Positions 1-8,941 of a stretch of DNA of 43,084 nucleotides are shown here, one piece after another. Below the pieces are notes generated by a model that was given only the letters and a program-made list of their open reading frames with translations, searched no databases and was not told the origin of the DNA. Source of the stretch: Arenimonas sp. (lineage in GTDB: Bacteria > Pseudomonadota > Gammaproteobacteria > Xanthomonadales > Xanthomonadaceae); NCBI GenBank assembly GCA_041671585.1, contig JBAZBG010000001.1, forward strand, positions 1 through 43,084, in the 5' to 3' direction. Each line of letters begins with the position of its first letter. Within the stretch, counting starts at the first letter, position 1. The position numbers and the translations under genes were made by a program.

Positions 1-905
1 TTGGCGATGGCCGCCGCCGCTCCGCGATCCTGTCCCAGCCCTTTCGATAGAGGGAGAACTCCGTCGATATTGATGAGCGCAAGATCGCTCGCAACTTTGG
101 TAAAGCAGCGCCTTCCAAGAGGAGAACCTACATCGAACACGCCGACAAGAGCCCATGTGCTGGCGCTGGCCGGGTCGGTTCCCTGATAAACAGCGGCCTG
201 GCCGCGCGACGAAATAAACACCGCAAAATCATCTTCGCCGGAACCACCGTCGCGGGTCCACGTTCCCATCGCAACGAGATAGCCGCCCTTGGTAAACAGG
301 CCGCCTAATTCAAAGTTCGTGACCACGCCGGCAACCGCCCCGGCGGTAAGATATCCGGCAACCGTTGAGTTGACGAACACAACCCAGATACGATTTTTAT
401 GCGCGTTGACGTGGATAATATCACTCGCAGAATATGTTGTAACCGTCAGTGACGGCGTAGCCCATGCCGAGCCGTTGTAATGCCTTGGCGCATCGGCACC
501 GTTACAGATCCAGAGAAAATGCCCGCCTGATGTCGTGAAGTTAATATGTTGCCAGCGCGCGTTGGTCAGGCCAGTAACGCTTGACGTTGCAATGCCGGAC
601 GCCGATGCGTCATAAATCACCGAGCCGGACGCGGCAAACATCTTATTCGCGGCCGTCGTAGTGGCGTTATACACCATCAGCGATTCAACGGGTGATGTCA
701 GACCGGTTTGAGCGTACGCCTTGTGGCCGCGCCTGATCCTTACATCGCTCGTTCCCGGAAACCAGTTGTCGAGAACGATTGCTCGGTCCTCTGGCATATC
801 GGCCAAGGCTGACACGGCGTCCCACCCGCCAACCGGGGCGGGGAAGGCCTCGGGCACCGATATCTGGTTGCGAGTAACCCGGCCCTGCCGAAGCGGCTTT
901 CGCAT
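1..905 (-). CDS. Tail nozzle / DNA-stabilisation protein (P22 gp10-like), N-terminal part; continues across the junction to 42231 (about 543 aa total)
   Basis: ATG at 905 overlaps the upstream TAA. MRKPLRQ..PAPVGGWDA..LADMP...LDNWFP. In frame with ORF 42231..42935 through the terminal overlap. Lies after the adaptor gene. Confidence 0.75.
   Translation of the reverse strand, partial: MRKPLRQGRVTRNQISVPEAFPAPVGGWDAVSALADMPEDRAIVLDNWFPGTSDVRIRRGHKAYAQTGLTSPVESLMVYNATTTAANKMFAASGSVIYDASASGIATSSVTGLTNARWQHINFTTSGGHFLWICNGADAPRHYNGSAWATPSLTVTTYSASDIIHVNAHKNRIWVVFVNSTVAGYLTAGAVAGVVTNFELGGLFTKGGYLVAMGTWTRDGGSGEDDFAVFISSRGQAAVYQGTDPASASTWALVGVFDVGSPLGRRCFTKVASDLALINIDGVLPLSKGLGQDRGAAAAIA
2..127. repeat. 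Terminal direct repeat, copy 1 (circular assembly overlap)
   Basis: 2-127 is identical to 42959-43084 (126 bp; base 1 differs). It lies inside a gene that reads in frame across the junction. Confidence 0.95.
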
Positions 906-1609
906 TAGAGCGTCCAGCTTCCATCTGGAATGTTGACGCCCCACTGATCGGGCAATCCCTCCATATCAATAATGTCGTTTCCGGCATCAGGGCCAAACAG
1001 ATCGGCCAGCGTCATTTCGTAGGTTCTGAACTCCTCGGCATAATCGAGGCCCTTGGCTTTTAGGAAGCGCCAAACAATGCCCTGACGCATAACTTCTTCG
1101 TCAATGATGCCGGTGTCCGAATCAGCCGCCCACGCTGCCCGCGCAACACCAACCTCCGACTTACACCATTTGTTGGAAATGTATTCGAAATAAACGCTAT
1201 CGCCTGCGGGCGGCGTCGGGTTGAACAGAATTGCCCCGCCGCGAACGCGAAAGCAGTATTCAACGCCGACTTGAGCCGCCGCGGCTTTCACGCGCTGCCA
1301 TTGCTGGTTGTTTAGCGGCCCGCGAACGGGACGGATCTGGGTCCGATTCCACATCGTATTATCAACGACGCGACCGAAATCAGCAAATGTCGTGGTGATG
1401 GCCGCTACCTGAGTTTCGGCGGCAAGCGTGGTGAATGTGCCTTCTTTCGTGAGAGATTGCCAGTCGAAGCGGCGCGCAAGCTCCTTGCCCTCCTTCTGCG
1501 CAAGAAAAAGCAGTTGCAAAGTCTGTAGATCGGTTGAGTTAATCACACTCGTGGGCTGGGTGATGCCAATCTCACCACACGCCCCGGTTATGATCGTCAA
1601 CAGTGTCAT
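905..1609 (-). CDS. Head-to-tail adaptor (tail tubular A / gp4-like)
   Basis: 234 aa, MTLLTII..ACGEIGI...DWQSL..; WRFLKAKGLDYAEE motif; podovirus synteny. Confidence 0.7.
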   Translation of the reverse strand: MTLLTIITGACGEIGITQPTSVINSTDLQTLQLLFLAQKEGKELARRFDWQSLTKEGTFTTLAAETQVAAITTTFADFGRVVDNTMWNRTQIRPVRGPLNNQQWQRVKAAAAQVGVEYCFRVRGGAILFNPTPPAGDSVYFEYISNKWCKSEVGVARAAWAADSDTGIIDEEVMRQGIVWRFLKAKGLDYAEEFRTYEMTLADLFGPDAGNDIIDMEGLPDQWGVNIPDGSWTL

Positions 1610-2175
1610 CAGTTATCTTTCTTCGGCCGGCCGGGTTTCTTCGTGGCCAATGCCTGCGCCAGCAATGCCTTCAGGTCGTCAATTCCCTGTTTCAGCTCGG
1701 CTACCTCGGACGCGCTGGCGTATTTCTCCGCCGGCATCGCACCAATTGTAGCCGCGGCATCGCTGACCGCCTTGCGGGCCTTTTCCTCGGTCTGGAACTT
1801 GAGCAGAGACAGTCGGTCATTCGCTTGTTTGCGAAGCGTCAACGTGCCATGGCCGAGCGCCTGGCATTGTGCGTCGTTCAGCGCGGCCAATTCCTCGACC
1901 GTGTGGACGTTCTGCGCGATGTACTTATCCGCCAACTGCTGATCGACCCCGTTCAGCAGGGTCAACGACGTGCCGGCCCTGCGCGCCATCGGCGTGCCGT
2001 CGCAATAGGCGTTCCACGCATCGCGGAACTTCGACATATGATCGGGGCCGACCTTCTTGATGACGGTATCCTTGACCCCTGTGAACGAGATTTCGATAAA
2101 ATCAAGGCCGTTATCCTTGAAGAACCGGGCGTGCTGGTGCATCGCCGGAACTTCCGGCAAGGCAATATCTGGCAT
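1609..2175 (-). CDS. Conserved phage protein with HhH-like segment and basic C-terminus
   Basis: Start moved to ATG 2175 (GGAG RBS, just after the upstream stop); NVHTVEELAALND motif; ends KKPGRPKKDN. Confidence 0.6.
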   Translation of the reverse strand: MPDIALPEVPAMHQHARFFKDNGLDFIEISFTGVKDTVIKKVGPDHMSKFRDAWNAYCDGTPMARRAGTSLTLLNGVDQQLADKYIAQNVHTVEELAALNDAQCQALGHGTLTLRKQANDRLSLLKFQTEEKARKAVSDAAATIGAMPAEKYASASEVAELKQGIDDLKALLAQALATKKPGRPKKDN

Positions 2176-2177
2176 AC

Positions 2178-3536
2178 TCAAGAAGTGTCTCCCCTTTTGA
2201 TGATGAATGACGAGCAAACGTCCTGCATTTCCTGCCACGCCACGAAATAGCCCATACTCTCGAACAGTTTCCGCCACCAGCGATGAGGCTGCACCGTCAA
2301 GTGAAGTTTTTGACCTATCAACTCGCCCATCGCGTCGGGTACCGTGCTGATCTGGAAATAAACCGTAGGCGCCGCCCGCATGATGTTTTCAATCACCAAG
2401 CCGACAAACTGCGTCGGAATATGCTCCATGACATCGGTGCAGTAACCGTAATGGCCCATGACGTGGATTGGTTTGGTCAGATCGTGCTTTTGAAAGCGCA
2501 AATGCTGCGCGGCCTCGTCCCGGCAATTGTCGGCAAAGTCCAACAAAAGAACCTGACAACCGCTTTCTGCGATCTTGAGCGAACCCCGGCCCGTACCGCA
2601 TCCGAAGTCGATCACCAGCCCCGCAGGCTTGACCAGTTCGAGGAACTTTCCTGCGCTTGCCTCGCCGGGGGAAAAGTTGCGGTACTCGTTCTGCGCCCAG
2701 ATCAGACGATATTTTTCTTCCTCGTCCAGTTCGCCGGAATTGAACATGGCCGGCAACAGCCCGTCGCCGTGAACCTCGATTTTGCAACCTGACTCGATCA
2801 GAGCCGAAGCGGTTTCCTGAAATTTCTCCGCTTGCAGCTTCATGGTCAATGAAGCCTTGTACTCGACGCCGTTGTAAATCACGACACAACACGGATCGCC
2901 GTCGTTGATCGACTGCCGGAAGGCGTGGCCGTCCTCGCCCCGATGGCTGGAGTCGTAACCAAATATCTGAAGGTTGCGGTAGCCCATCGCGTAAGCGAGG
3001 CAGGTCGCGGTATTACCGACCGATGCCGCGCCGCCGATCAGGCAATAGTCGTCATGGTATTCGGGAAATTCGTTCTCGATGTTGCCTACCTGCAAATGCC
3101 AGAGCTGCGCGTCGGGAACGCGCTTGAAGCATTCGGGATGAACCTGTGAGGCAAACAGGTGATGTTTTGCAGGCCCAACCAGATCGGCGGTGATCTCCCG
3201 CGCGTCGATTATGACCTGATAATCCGGCATGATGCCATGACCATGCAGGAAGGCCGCACAGCCGTTCATGGCAAAGATTTTCTGCCCTGCCGCCTGCCGC
3301 TCGCGGATTTCTCCGATGTGATCGGCAATGCTCGGGCCTGAGCCGCACAGCACCGCAATGCCGTCGTGCGCATCCGCCAGTTTCACCCAATCGCCACGCG
3401 CGGCCGAATTGGTGCGGATATTGCCGTAGATTTCCTCGTCGGAAGTATTGCAGATCAGATGCACGGGAAGCACCAGGGGCATTGCGGCCCCTGGGTTCCA
3501 GTGTTTGATCCTTACGTTGGCGTAAGGCAGATGCAT
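2178..3536 (-). CDS. Maf/DUF115 (MptE-like) glycosyltransferase fused to class I SAM methyltransferase (452 aa)
   Basis: AVLCGSGPS, IFAMNG, GIMPDY..IID, GGAASVG..A..LAY.MG...IFGYDS; C-terminal VIDFGCGTG and CTDVMEH; ATG 3536 overlaps the upstream TAA. Confidence 0.75.
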   Translation of the reverse strand: MHLPYANVRIKHWNPGAAMPLVLPVHLICNTSDEEIYGNIRTNSAARGDWVKLADAHDGIAVLCGSGPSIADHIGEIRERQAAGQKIFAMNGCAAFLHGHGIMPDYQVIIDAREITADLVGPAKHHLFASQVHPECFKRVPDAQLWHLQVGNIENEFPEYHDDYCLIGGAASVGNTATCLAYAMGYRNLQIFGYDSSHRGEDGHAFRQSINDGDPCCVVIYNGVEYKASLTMKLQAEKFQETASALIESGCKIEVHGDGLLPAMFNSGELDEEEKYRLIWAQNEYRNFSPGEASAGKFLELVKPAGLVIDFGCGTGRGSLKIAESGCQVLLLDFADNCRDEAAQHLRFQKHDLTKPIHVMGHYGYCTDVMEHIPTQFVGLVIENIMRAAPTVYFQISTVPDAMGELIGQKLHLTVQPHRWWRKLFESMGYFVAWQEMQDVCSSFIIKRGDTS

Positions 3537-4033
3537 TAAGTCACCCGGCCCTGCATGGTGGGACGGTTGATAACCACCTGCACCGTGGTCCGGCCGGCGG
3601 TCGCGGAAGCCACGGCGGCGACAAGCGCCCCCTGGATTTCCTTGCCCGAACCCGTACCGGCGACGAGGCCGATAGTCAGCACGCCGACAGCCGCGTTCGC
3701 AGCCAGCGACACGGTGCAGGTCTTTTTCATCACAGCGATGCCGCTGATCTGATACCAACCCCACTGCGAAGCCACGTTGGCGGACATGGCAACAGCAATC
3801 GGCTGCGCCTTGTTGGTGCCAACGGGGGCCAGCGCAGTAACGCCGGTTGCACCGTTATAGGTGACGAGAGAACCAACCGCCGTCGAGGCAACGCCCAGAA
3901 GGTAGATGAACTCTGCCTCACCATAGGTCGAGTCTTTCGCGCGAACGATTGTCCCGATCGGATGGTTCTGCGTGGTGGAGGTATCCGCGATCAACTGCTG
4001 AGCGATGAGCGGACTGGTAATGCGATAAGTCAT
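3536..4033 (-). CDS. Capsid decoration / cement protein
   Basis: 165 aa, Ala/Thr/Val/Gly-rich, GAEFIYL and WGWYQISG-type motifs, directly after the capsid gene with GGAGGA RBS. Confidence 0.6.
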   Translation of the reverse strand: MTYRITSPLIAQQLIADTSTTQNHPIGTIVRAKDSTYGEAEFIYLLGVASTAVGSLVTYNGATGVTALAPVGTNKAQPIAVAMSANVASQWGWYQISGIAVMKKTCTVSLAANAAVGVLTIGLVAGTGSGKEIQGALVAAVASATAGRTTVQVVINRPTMQGRVT

Positions 4034-4045
4034 GTTCTATCCTCC

Positions 4046-5002
4046 TTATGCGCAGACCACAGCCTGAAGGCTGCGGTTGGAGACGGTCATGTTTCCAGCC
4101 CACACGACCGGCATCACCATCGCGTCCTGGTTGACCGACGATTTTTCACCCAGAGGGATGAACTCGCGGCCCTTGGCGGGGCGAAGGAAGATGTAATCCG
4201 TGTTGAGGAAGTACATGTGCGAAGCAGGGCACTGGTCGTCGTAAACAACCGGCACATTGCCCTGATAGACGAGGTTGGTGAAACCGACGCCCGCACCCTT
4301 GTCGTCCATGAAGCGCTGGTTAGGCGTCAGGGATTCGAGGTAGTACAGGTAGTAGACGGAGTCCGACGGGATGATGTCCGGCTTGTCCGAACCGCGCACG
4401 GTGTTGATCCATGCCAGATTCATGGCGTGCTGGATGGTGGTGGCAGATGCCGTCACCGAGTTGGTCGAGAAGTCGTAGACGTAGTTCTTCCACCACGCAT
4501 AGGTCGTACCGGAAATTCCGCCCACCGTGTTGGTGTTGACATCCGCGACCAAGAGCTGAAGCCCGCCGATCTCTTTCGAGGACGTGCCCGTGCCGTCCGC
4601 ATAGAGTGCGGTGGCAAGGGTGTTCTTCAGCGATTTTTCGAGGTTGCGAATACGCGACTTCAGGAGGTTGTGAACGGCCTCCTTACCGGAGTTCTGGATC
4701 TGCTCAAGGCCGGTGATCGTCGCGTTGCCGGCCAACTGCTTGTAGTTGTACTCGGCAGCCGTGAAGGTCTCGGCAGGAGAGATGTCCAGCGTTTCAGAGC
4801 CGGAATACCACATGACGGTGGAATTTTCGGCGTACTCAAGCTCCTGAACAATCGAACGTCCAGTCGCAACCTGCTTGTTGCCCTTCTTGTTGATCTGCTT
4901 GAGAAGAGCGTTGTGGTTGGTGATGTTGTCGGCCATCTCGCCGGAATAACCCTGCAAGGTGGTGGTGATGATGTCCGTAAAGGACGAGTTAGGCGAAGCC
5001 AT
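4046..5002 (-). CDS. Major capsid protein
   Basis: 318 aa after the scaffold gene; DNITNHNALL, LYADGTG..KEIGGL, MYFLNT, WAGNMTVSNR typical of this capsid family. Confidence 0.85.
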   Translation of the reverse strand: MASPNSSFTDIITTTLQGYSGEMADNITNHNALLKQINKKGNKQVATGRSIVQELEYAENSTVMWYSGSETLDISPAETFTAAEYNYKQLAGNATITGLEQIQNSGKEAVHNLLKSRIRNLEKSLKNTLATALYADGTGTSSKEIGGLQLLVADVNTNTVGGISGTTYAWWKNYVYDFSTNSVTASATTIQHAMNLAWINTVRGSDKPDIIPSDSVYYLYYLESLTPNQRFMDDKGAGVGFTNLVYQGNVPVVYDDQCPASHMYFLNTDYIFLRPAKGREFIPLGEKSSVNQDAMVMPVVWAGNMTVSNRSLQAVVCA

Positions 5003-5030
5003 TTTGGCTTACTCCTTATGAGGAGCGCCT

Positions 5031-6158
5031 TCAGGTACCTAGACCGGCCCGTTCCATTGCAGCATTCAGATGCGCGTCGATCCCCTTCAGTTGCGTTCCG
5101 CCCTTCGTTGAGGGGGATGAAACGACCGGCTGAACTTTCTTCGCCTTGCCTACCGCCTCAAGTCGGGCTTTCTCAGCAAGCTCGGCCACGCGCTGACGTT
5201 CGCTCTCTACCGTCTGCCGGTAAAGATCGTCGTCAAGGCGAACCGCCTTCTGATAGGCCTGATCCCAGGTTTCGGCTTGATCGGAGGCGGCCAGTTGGAT
5301 CATGGTCTGCTTGACCCGCTCGAAATGCGGGTACTTGACTTGACCACTTTCATCCTTGGCTTGCCCGATGGCGTTAAATTCAGCTTCGGCTCGTTGACGC
5401 TCCGAAAGCTGTGACTGCTCCTGAATACGCTGCAAGGACTGTTCCAGCCCGTGCACATGTTGGCGCAATTGAAGAACGGTCGGATCAACGGCCATCTGAC
5501 CATTTTCACCGACAGCGGGAAGCGGTACGCCTAGAGCCTGCAACACCGCTTCCGGAGGAATGCGATGATGGTTGACGAGGTAAGCGATGGCCTGGCCGCG
5601 CTGCTCAGGGGTTCCTGACAGAAGGTTGCGGGACACGTTGGCGGACTGCTCAAAAAATTGATTGGCAGTCATTCCCAAGTGTTGAAGCAACGGGTTCTGT
5701 TTCTGGACTTCCTGAATTAGCGGCTCAATGCCCTTGCGCGTCTCGGCAAGCTCTTGAGTTTTCCGCGTGTAATCACCTTCGATTGCCTGATAACGGTTTA
5801 GAAAGAGCTGCTGCCCTTCCGGCGTTAGCTTGGCAAACTCGGCCTTGTCCGCGTCGGACCATCGTGCGGGCGGCTGAATAGGCTCCACTTTGGGAGGTTC
5901 AACCGCAACGGTCTCTGCGGGGTTTGCTTCCACCTTGACAGACCCGTCCTCGACGGGGGCCACGGTTTCGGCGGGTTCTTTTGGAGCAAAGCGGCCCTTG
6001 TCGTCTCTTGCGCGGGCGGCGGTTGCTTCCGGTGTTTCGGTTGCCGTTACTTCCGGCTTGTCGTCACCATAGCCCGAGGTTTCGATAGCGCTGGAAAGTA
6101 TCGCGTCCAGTCCGGCAGGTTCAGGGGTATCCTGAAGGCCGTCGATCGCTTCCGACAT
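5031..6158 (-). CDS. Capsid scaffolding protein
   Basis: Acidic/Pro-rich N-terminus with RDDKGRFA, DYTRKTQELAE, coiled coil; between portal and capsid. Confidence 0.75.
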   Translation of the reverse strand: MSEAIDGLQDTPEPAGLDAILSSAIETSGYGDDKPEVTATETPEATAARARDDKGRFAPKEPAETVAPVEDGSVKVEANPAETVAVEPPKVEPIQPPARWSDADKAEFAKLTPEGQQLFLNRYQAIEGDYTRKTQELAETRKGIEPLIQEVQKQNPLLQHLGMTANQFFEQSANVSRNLLSGTPEQRGQAIAYLVNHHRIPPEAVLQALGVPLPAVGENGQMAVDPTVLQLRQHVHGLEQSLQRIQEQSQLSERQRAEAEFNAIGQAKDESGQVKYPHFERVKQTMIQLAASDQAETWDQAYQKAVRLDDDLYRQTVESERQRVAELAEKARLEAVGKAKKVQPVVSSPSTKGGTQLKGIDAHLNAAMERAGLGT

Positions 6159-6167
6159 AAAATCTCC

Positions 6168-6404
6168 TTATGAAAACGGCCCTGCGTCCTGCATGACCAG
6201 TGAGGTTGTGTTGTCCGTGATAACGCGGGTATCGATCTTGGCTCCGATGTTGTTGCCAGCGGTCGCGACGACCTGCACATTCTTGCCGGCCGGTGAATTG
6301 CCCGCTATCAGCGCCGTGTAGGATGAAATGGTTTTGCTCGCCGCTGTGGCGGTGCCGCTGCCGAGCTTCGTGCCGTTCTTGTAAACGTCCACCGCGTAGG
6401 TCAT
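6168..6404 (-). CDS. Small Thr/Ser-rich protein, possibly virion-associated
   Basis: 78 aa, ATGA-coupled, in head module. Confidence 0.55.
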   Translation of the reverse strand: MTYAVDVYKNGTKLGSGTATAASKTISSYTALIAGNSPAGKNVQVVATAGNNIGAKIDTRVITDNTTSLVMQDAGPFS

Positions 6405-6649
6405 CGATCTTCTCCGTAAACCTTGGCTCTGAGTTCTCTGTGCAGCGTGGCGAAGTCGTTGCCCACCTGCTTGACGCCGTTGGCTTGCTCGTAATTGCGC
6501 AAAGCGGAACGAGAGCTGATTTCCTTGCCGTCCTGCGTCATGAATGGCTTGATGTCGGGCAGGACATTAAAAAGGCCCCGACTGAGCGGGGCCGCTTCTG
6601 ACTTGGGAACGAGCTTGCCGTCCCGCATGACGTAGGTCTGTCTAGGCAT
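6401..6649 (-). CDS. Hypothetical protein following portal
   Basis: 82 aa, PDIKPF..DGKEISSRSALR..E...VGND. Confidence 0.6.
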   Translation of the reverse strand: MPRQTYVMRDGKLVPKSEAAPLSRGLFNVLPDIKPFMTQDGKEISSRSALRNYEQANGVKQVGNDFATLHRELRAKVYGEDR

Positions 6650-8741
6650 CGGCCCTCGGCTTTTCCTTGGCCTGTCTCGCCTTCTCAGCCATCATCTCAA
6701 GGCTCATTTCGTGCTTGGTCTCGTCTGCCGACGCTTTCAGTTGCAAGCTACGCTCATCATGCGCCGCCTTCATCTGGAGGGACTGCTGTTCAATCCCGAG
6801 TTTGGCGAACAGCGCCTGAATCTCGCCCTGCATCTTCTGCATTTCCAGAGCGTGCTTGTCCTGCGCGGCCTGCAAGGCGATCTGGTTCTTTTGACCCTCG
6901 GCTTCCATCTTCTGCTGCTGCGCCTGGGCGTCCAGTTGCGCCTTCTGCTGCAACGCCTGCGCCTTGGCCTGCTCGACCTGAACCTTGGGGTCCGGCTGCT
7001 TGGGCTGCTGCCCGGCCTGTTCCAGCTTCAGCCGGGTCTGCTCGACAATCTCCTCCAGCGCCCGCCCGGTCTTGAAATGACGTAGCGCAAACGAAAGCAT
7101 TTCAAACGCCAGATCGAGCATCGCAGGCTGGGCCTGAATAACCGGCACCCAAGCCACAACGAACTCGCTCGAGGCCTTGAGCATTTCCGTGACCGCTTGC
7201 TTCTCGGCCTCGGCATCCTCGAACACGGTCGAATCCGTCTCAATGTCGATCCGGTATGACCGCAGCTTGTCCGAACGCATGATCTTCATCATGTCGTCGG
7301 TAATCACGCCATCTGTCGGCATCTGCGGCTGCTGGCCCTGTTGCTGGGCCTGCGCCGCGATCTGCTGTGCCATCATCGGGTCGATGTACTTAAACCCGGT
7401 CATTTCGGCCAATGTCTGCGGTTCGAAATGCTCGGCAATAATCTCCGCTTTAAGCCTGAGCGTGTCCCTGATCCACTTCTGGACCTTATCCTGGCGTTTC
7501 TTCAGCCGGTTGCCGCCGAAATGCGCCTTGATCTTCTGCGCGCCCAGCGTCTCCCGTGGGTCGCTGGAGCCCCGCATGATATCGGCAATACCGACGACCT
7601 CGTAAATGGTCTGCACCCGCAAATCGCGCTGGCTATGCAGCTCCATCAGCACCTTGGCGATAACGCCCAGATCCTCAGCCTGAAACGCCGCCGCCAACCC
7701 GCCCTTGGTGGACAGGTCCGCATAGTTCTTGACCGGGATGAACTGGTTATCTGCGGCCTTGGCGAGCTGCGCCAGTTCCTTGAACGTCGCGTCATACACA
7801 CCGCGCCGCTTCAGCGCCCGGGTCAGTTTGTCAATGCGGGCCTCGATCTCGTCCAGCCCGTCCGCCTGGTCCCGGTAGCTGGTGAACTCCGGCGCCGGGA
7901 TCAGCGAGTCATTGGTGGTGATCGCCTGCAATGGCTCGGCGTTCGGGAAAAAGTCCTCCAATCCATACGGGTCATCGTCAACCCGGCATAGCTTATCGAA
8001 GCCAGCGACTACCCAAACCCGCTGCCGCTTGGTCTTATCCCAGACCTCCCAGACCTCGGCCCGCTTGAAAGCGTCGGGCACCTTGGGGTCATCCGGTTTA
8101 GGCGACCAGTTGAGCGGGATAGTCTGGATGACCTCGGCGCCCAGATTGGTGAAGTTCTTCTTCAGGTCGTCCCGGCTCATCTTGTGCCGGAAAGCCTCCC
8201 ACGTCACATCTTCCCATGTCTTGGCGGGTTCGTGCCGGAAGTCCTCCCAATTAACGTATTCTTCCTCGACTTCCTGCTTGGCGACGTATTCCTTGCCGTC
8301 GTCGCCGTTGGCGGTCTCGGCCTCGTAACAGACCTTGACCACGCCACGCCCTGGCAGCAGATAATCCTCAATCGCGTGGTCGAACGCCTTTTCCGACTCT
8401 CCGCATTCCTGGCTGTAGATCGCCGCGCGCTCGATGATCTCGGCAACCTGCTTACCAACCGGATCACGATCGGCAAACCGCCGCCGAATGTCGGGCTTTG
8501 CCATCCTTGCGAATAGCGCGGCCTTCAGCGTCTCGGTATTGGAAAACAGGATATTGAAGCGCTTGGAATCGGAGCGAACCGTCTTTGACTTGCCGCCCTT
8601 GTAGCGGGCAACAACGCCCTGTCCTTCCTTGATCCATTCCCGATGATCCTCATCAGATAGGGACAGCAGACCTTGCCAGTATTTCGCCGCGCCGGCCTTC
8701 TCGGCCTCCTCGCGGGTTTCGTGGCTTGCGGATTCCACCAC
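6642..8741 (-). CDS. Portal protein (P22-like, Gln-rich C-terminal barrel)
   Basis: 699 aa after terL; FNILFSN, GRGVVKV, GIADIMRG..ETLGAQ, long Q-rich coiled-coil tail. Confidence 0.85.
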   Translation of the reverse strand: MVESASHETREEAEKAGAAKYWQGLLSLSDEDHREWIKEGQGVVARYKGGKSKTVRSDSKRFNILFSNTETLKAALFARMAKPDIRRRFADRDPVGKQVAEIIERAAIYSQECGESEKAFDHAIEDYLLPGRGVVKVCYEAETANGDDGKEYVAKQEVEEEYVNWEDFRHEPAKTWEDVTWEAFRHKMSRDDLKKNFTNLGAEVIQTIPLNWSPKPDDPKVPDAFKRAEVWEVWDKTKRQRVWVVAGFDKLCRVDDDPYGLEDFFPNAEPLQAITTNDSLIPAPEFTSYRDQADGLDEIEARIDKLTRALKRRGVYDATFKELAQLAKAADNQFIPVKNYADLSTKGGLAAAFQAEDLGVIAKVLMELHSQRDLRVQTIYEVVGIADIMRGSSDPRETLGAQKIKAHFGGNRLKKRQDKVQKWIRDTLRLKAEIIAEHFEPQTLAEMTGFKYIDPMMAQQIAAQAQQQGQQPQMPTDGVITDDMMKIMRSDKLRSYRIDIETDSTVFEDAEAEKQAVTEMLKASSEFVVAWVPVIQAQPAMLDLAFEMLSFALRHFKTGRALEEIVEQTRLKLEQAGQQPKQPDPKVQVEQAKAQALQQKAQLDAQAQQQKMEAEGQKNQIALQAAQDKHALEMQKMQGEIQALFAKLGIEQQSLQMKAAHDERSLQLKASADETKHEMSLEMMAEKARQAKEKPRADA

Positions 8742-8941
8742 TAGCTAGCCGTCGTCACGGCAACCCAGGTGGTTGATCCGTCTGAGTTGCTATAGGCCCG
8801 CGTTGATGCGCTGGAACCGTCCTGCCGAAGATACAGCGTACCCTTGGGGGCCGAATGGCTGGGGGCGCCCGTTCCGGTGTGGACCATGTTAACACTGGCC
8901 GGGGTCGGCCCGGCTGCGATGGTGATTGCGTCCTGTGGCAT
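8741..8941 (-). CDS. Small fibre-repeat-like protein (66 aa)
   Basis: ATG overlaps terL stop; its TAG overlaps portal GTG; GTGAP..APKGTLYLR.DG...Y...DG.TTW motif. Confidence 0.6.
   Translation of the reverse strand: MPQDAITIAAGPTPASVNMVHTGTGAPSHSAPKGTLYLRQDGSSASTRAYSNSDGSTTWVAVTTAS

Noticed and set aside
1-127. Biological terminal repeats
   Set aside because: The length matches a typical assembler k-mer overlap and the repeat falls mid-gene, so it is treated as a circularisation artefact.
3962-5314. 450-aa + strand ORF
   Set aside because: Antisense shadow of the capsid and scaffold genes; no motifs or RBS.
6660-7380. CAG/GCN-rich low-complexity repeats
   Set aside because: They encode the Gln/Ala-rich coiled coil of the portal protein.
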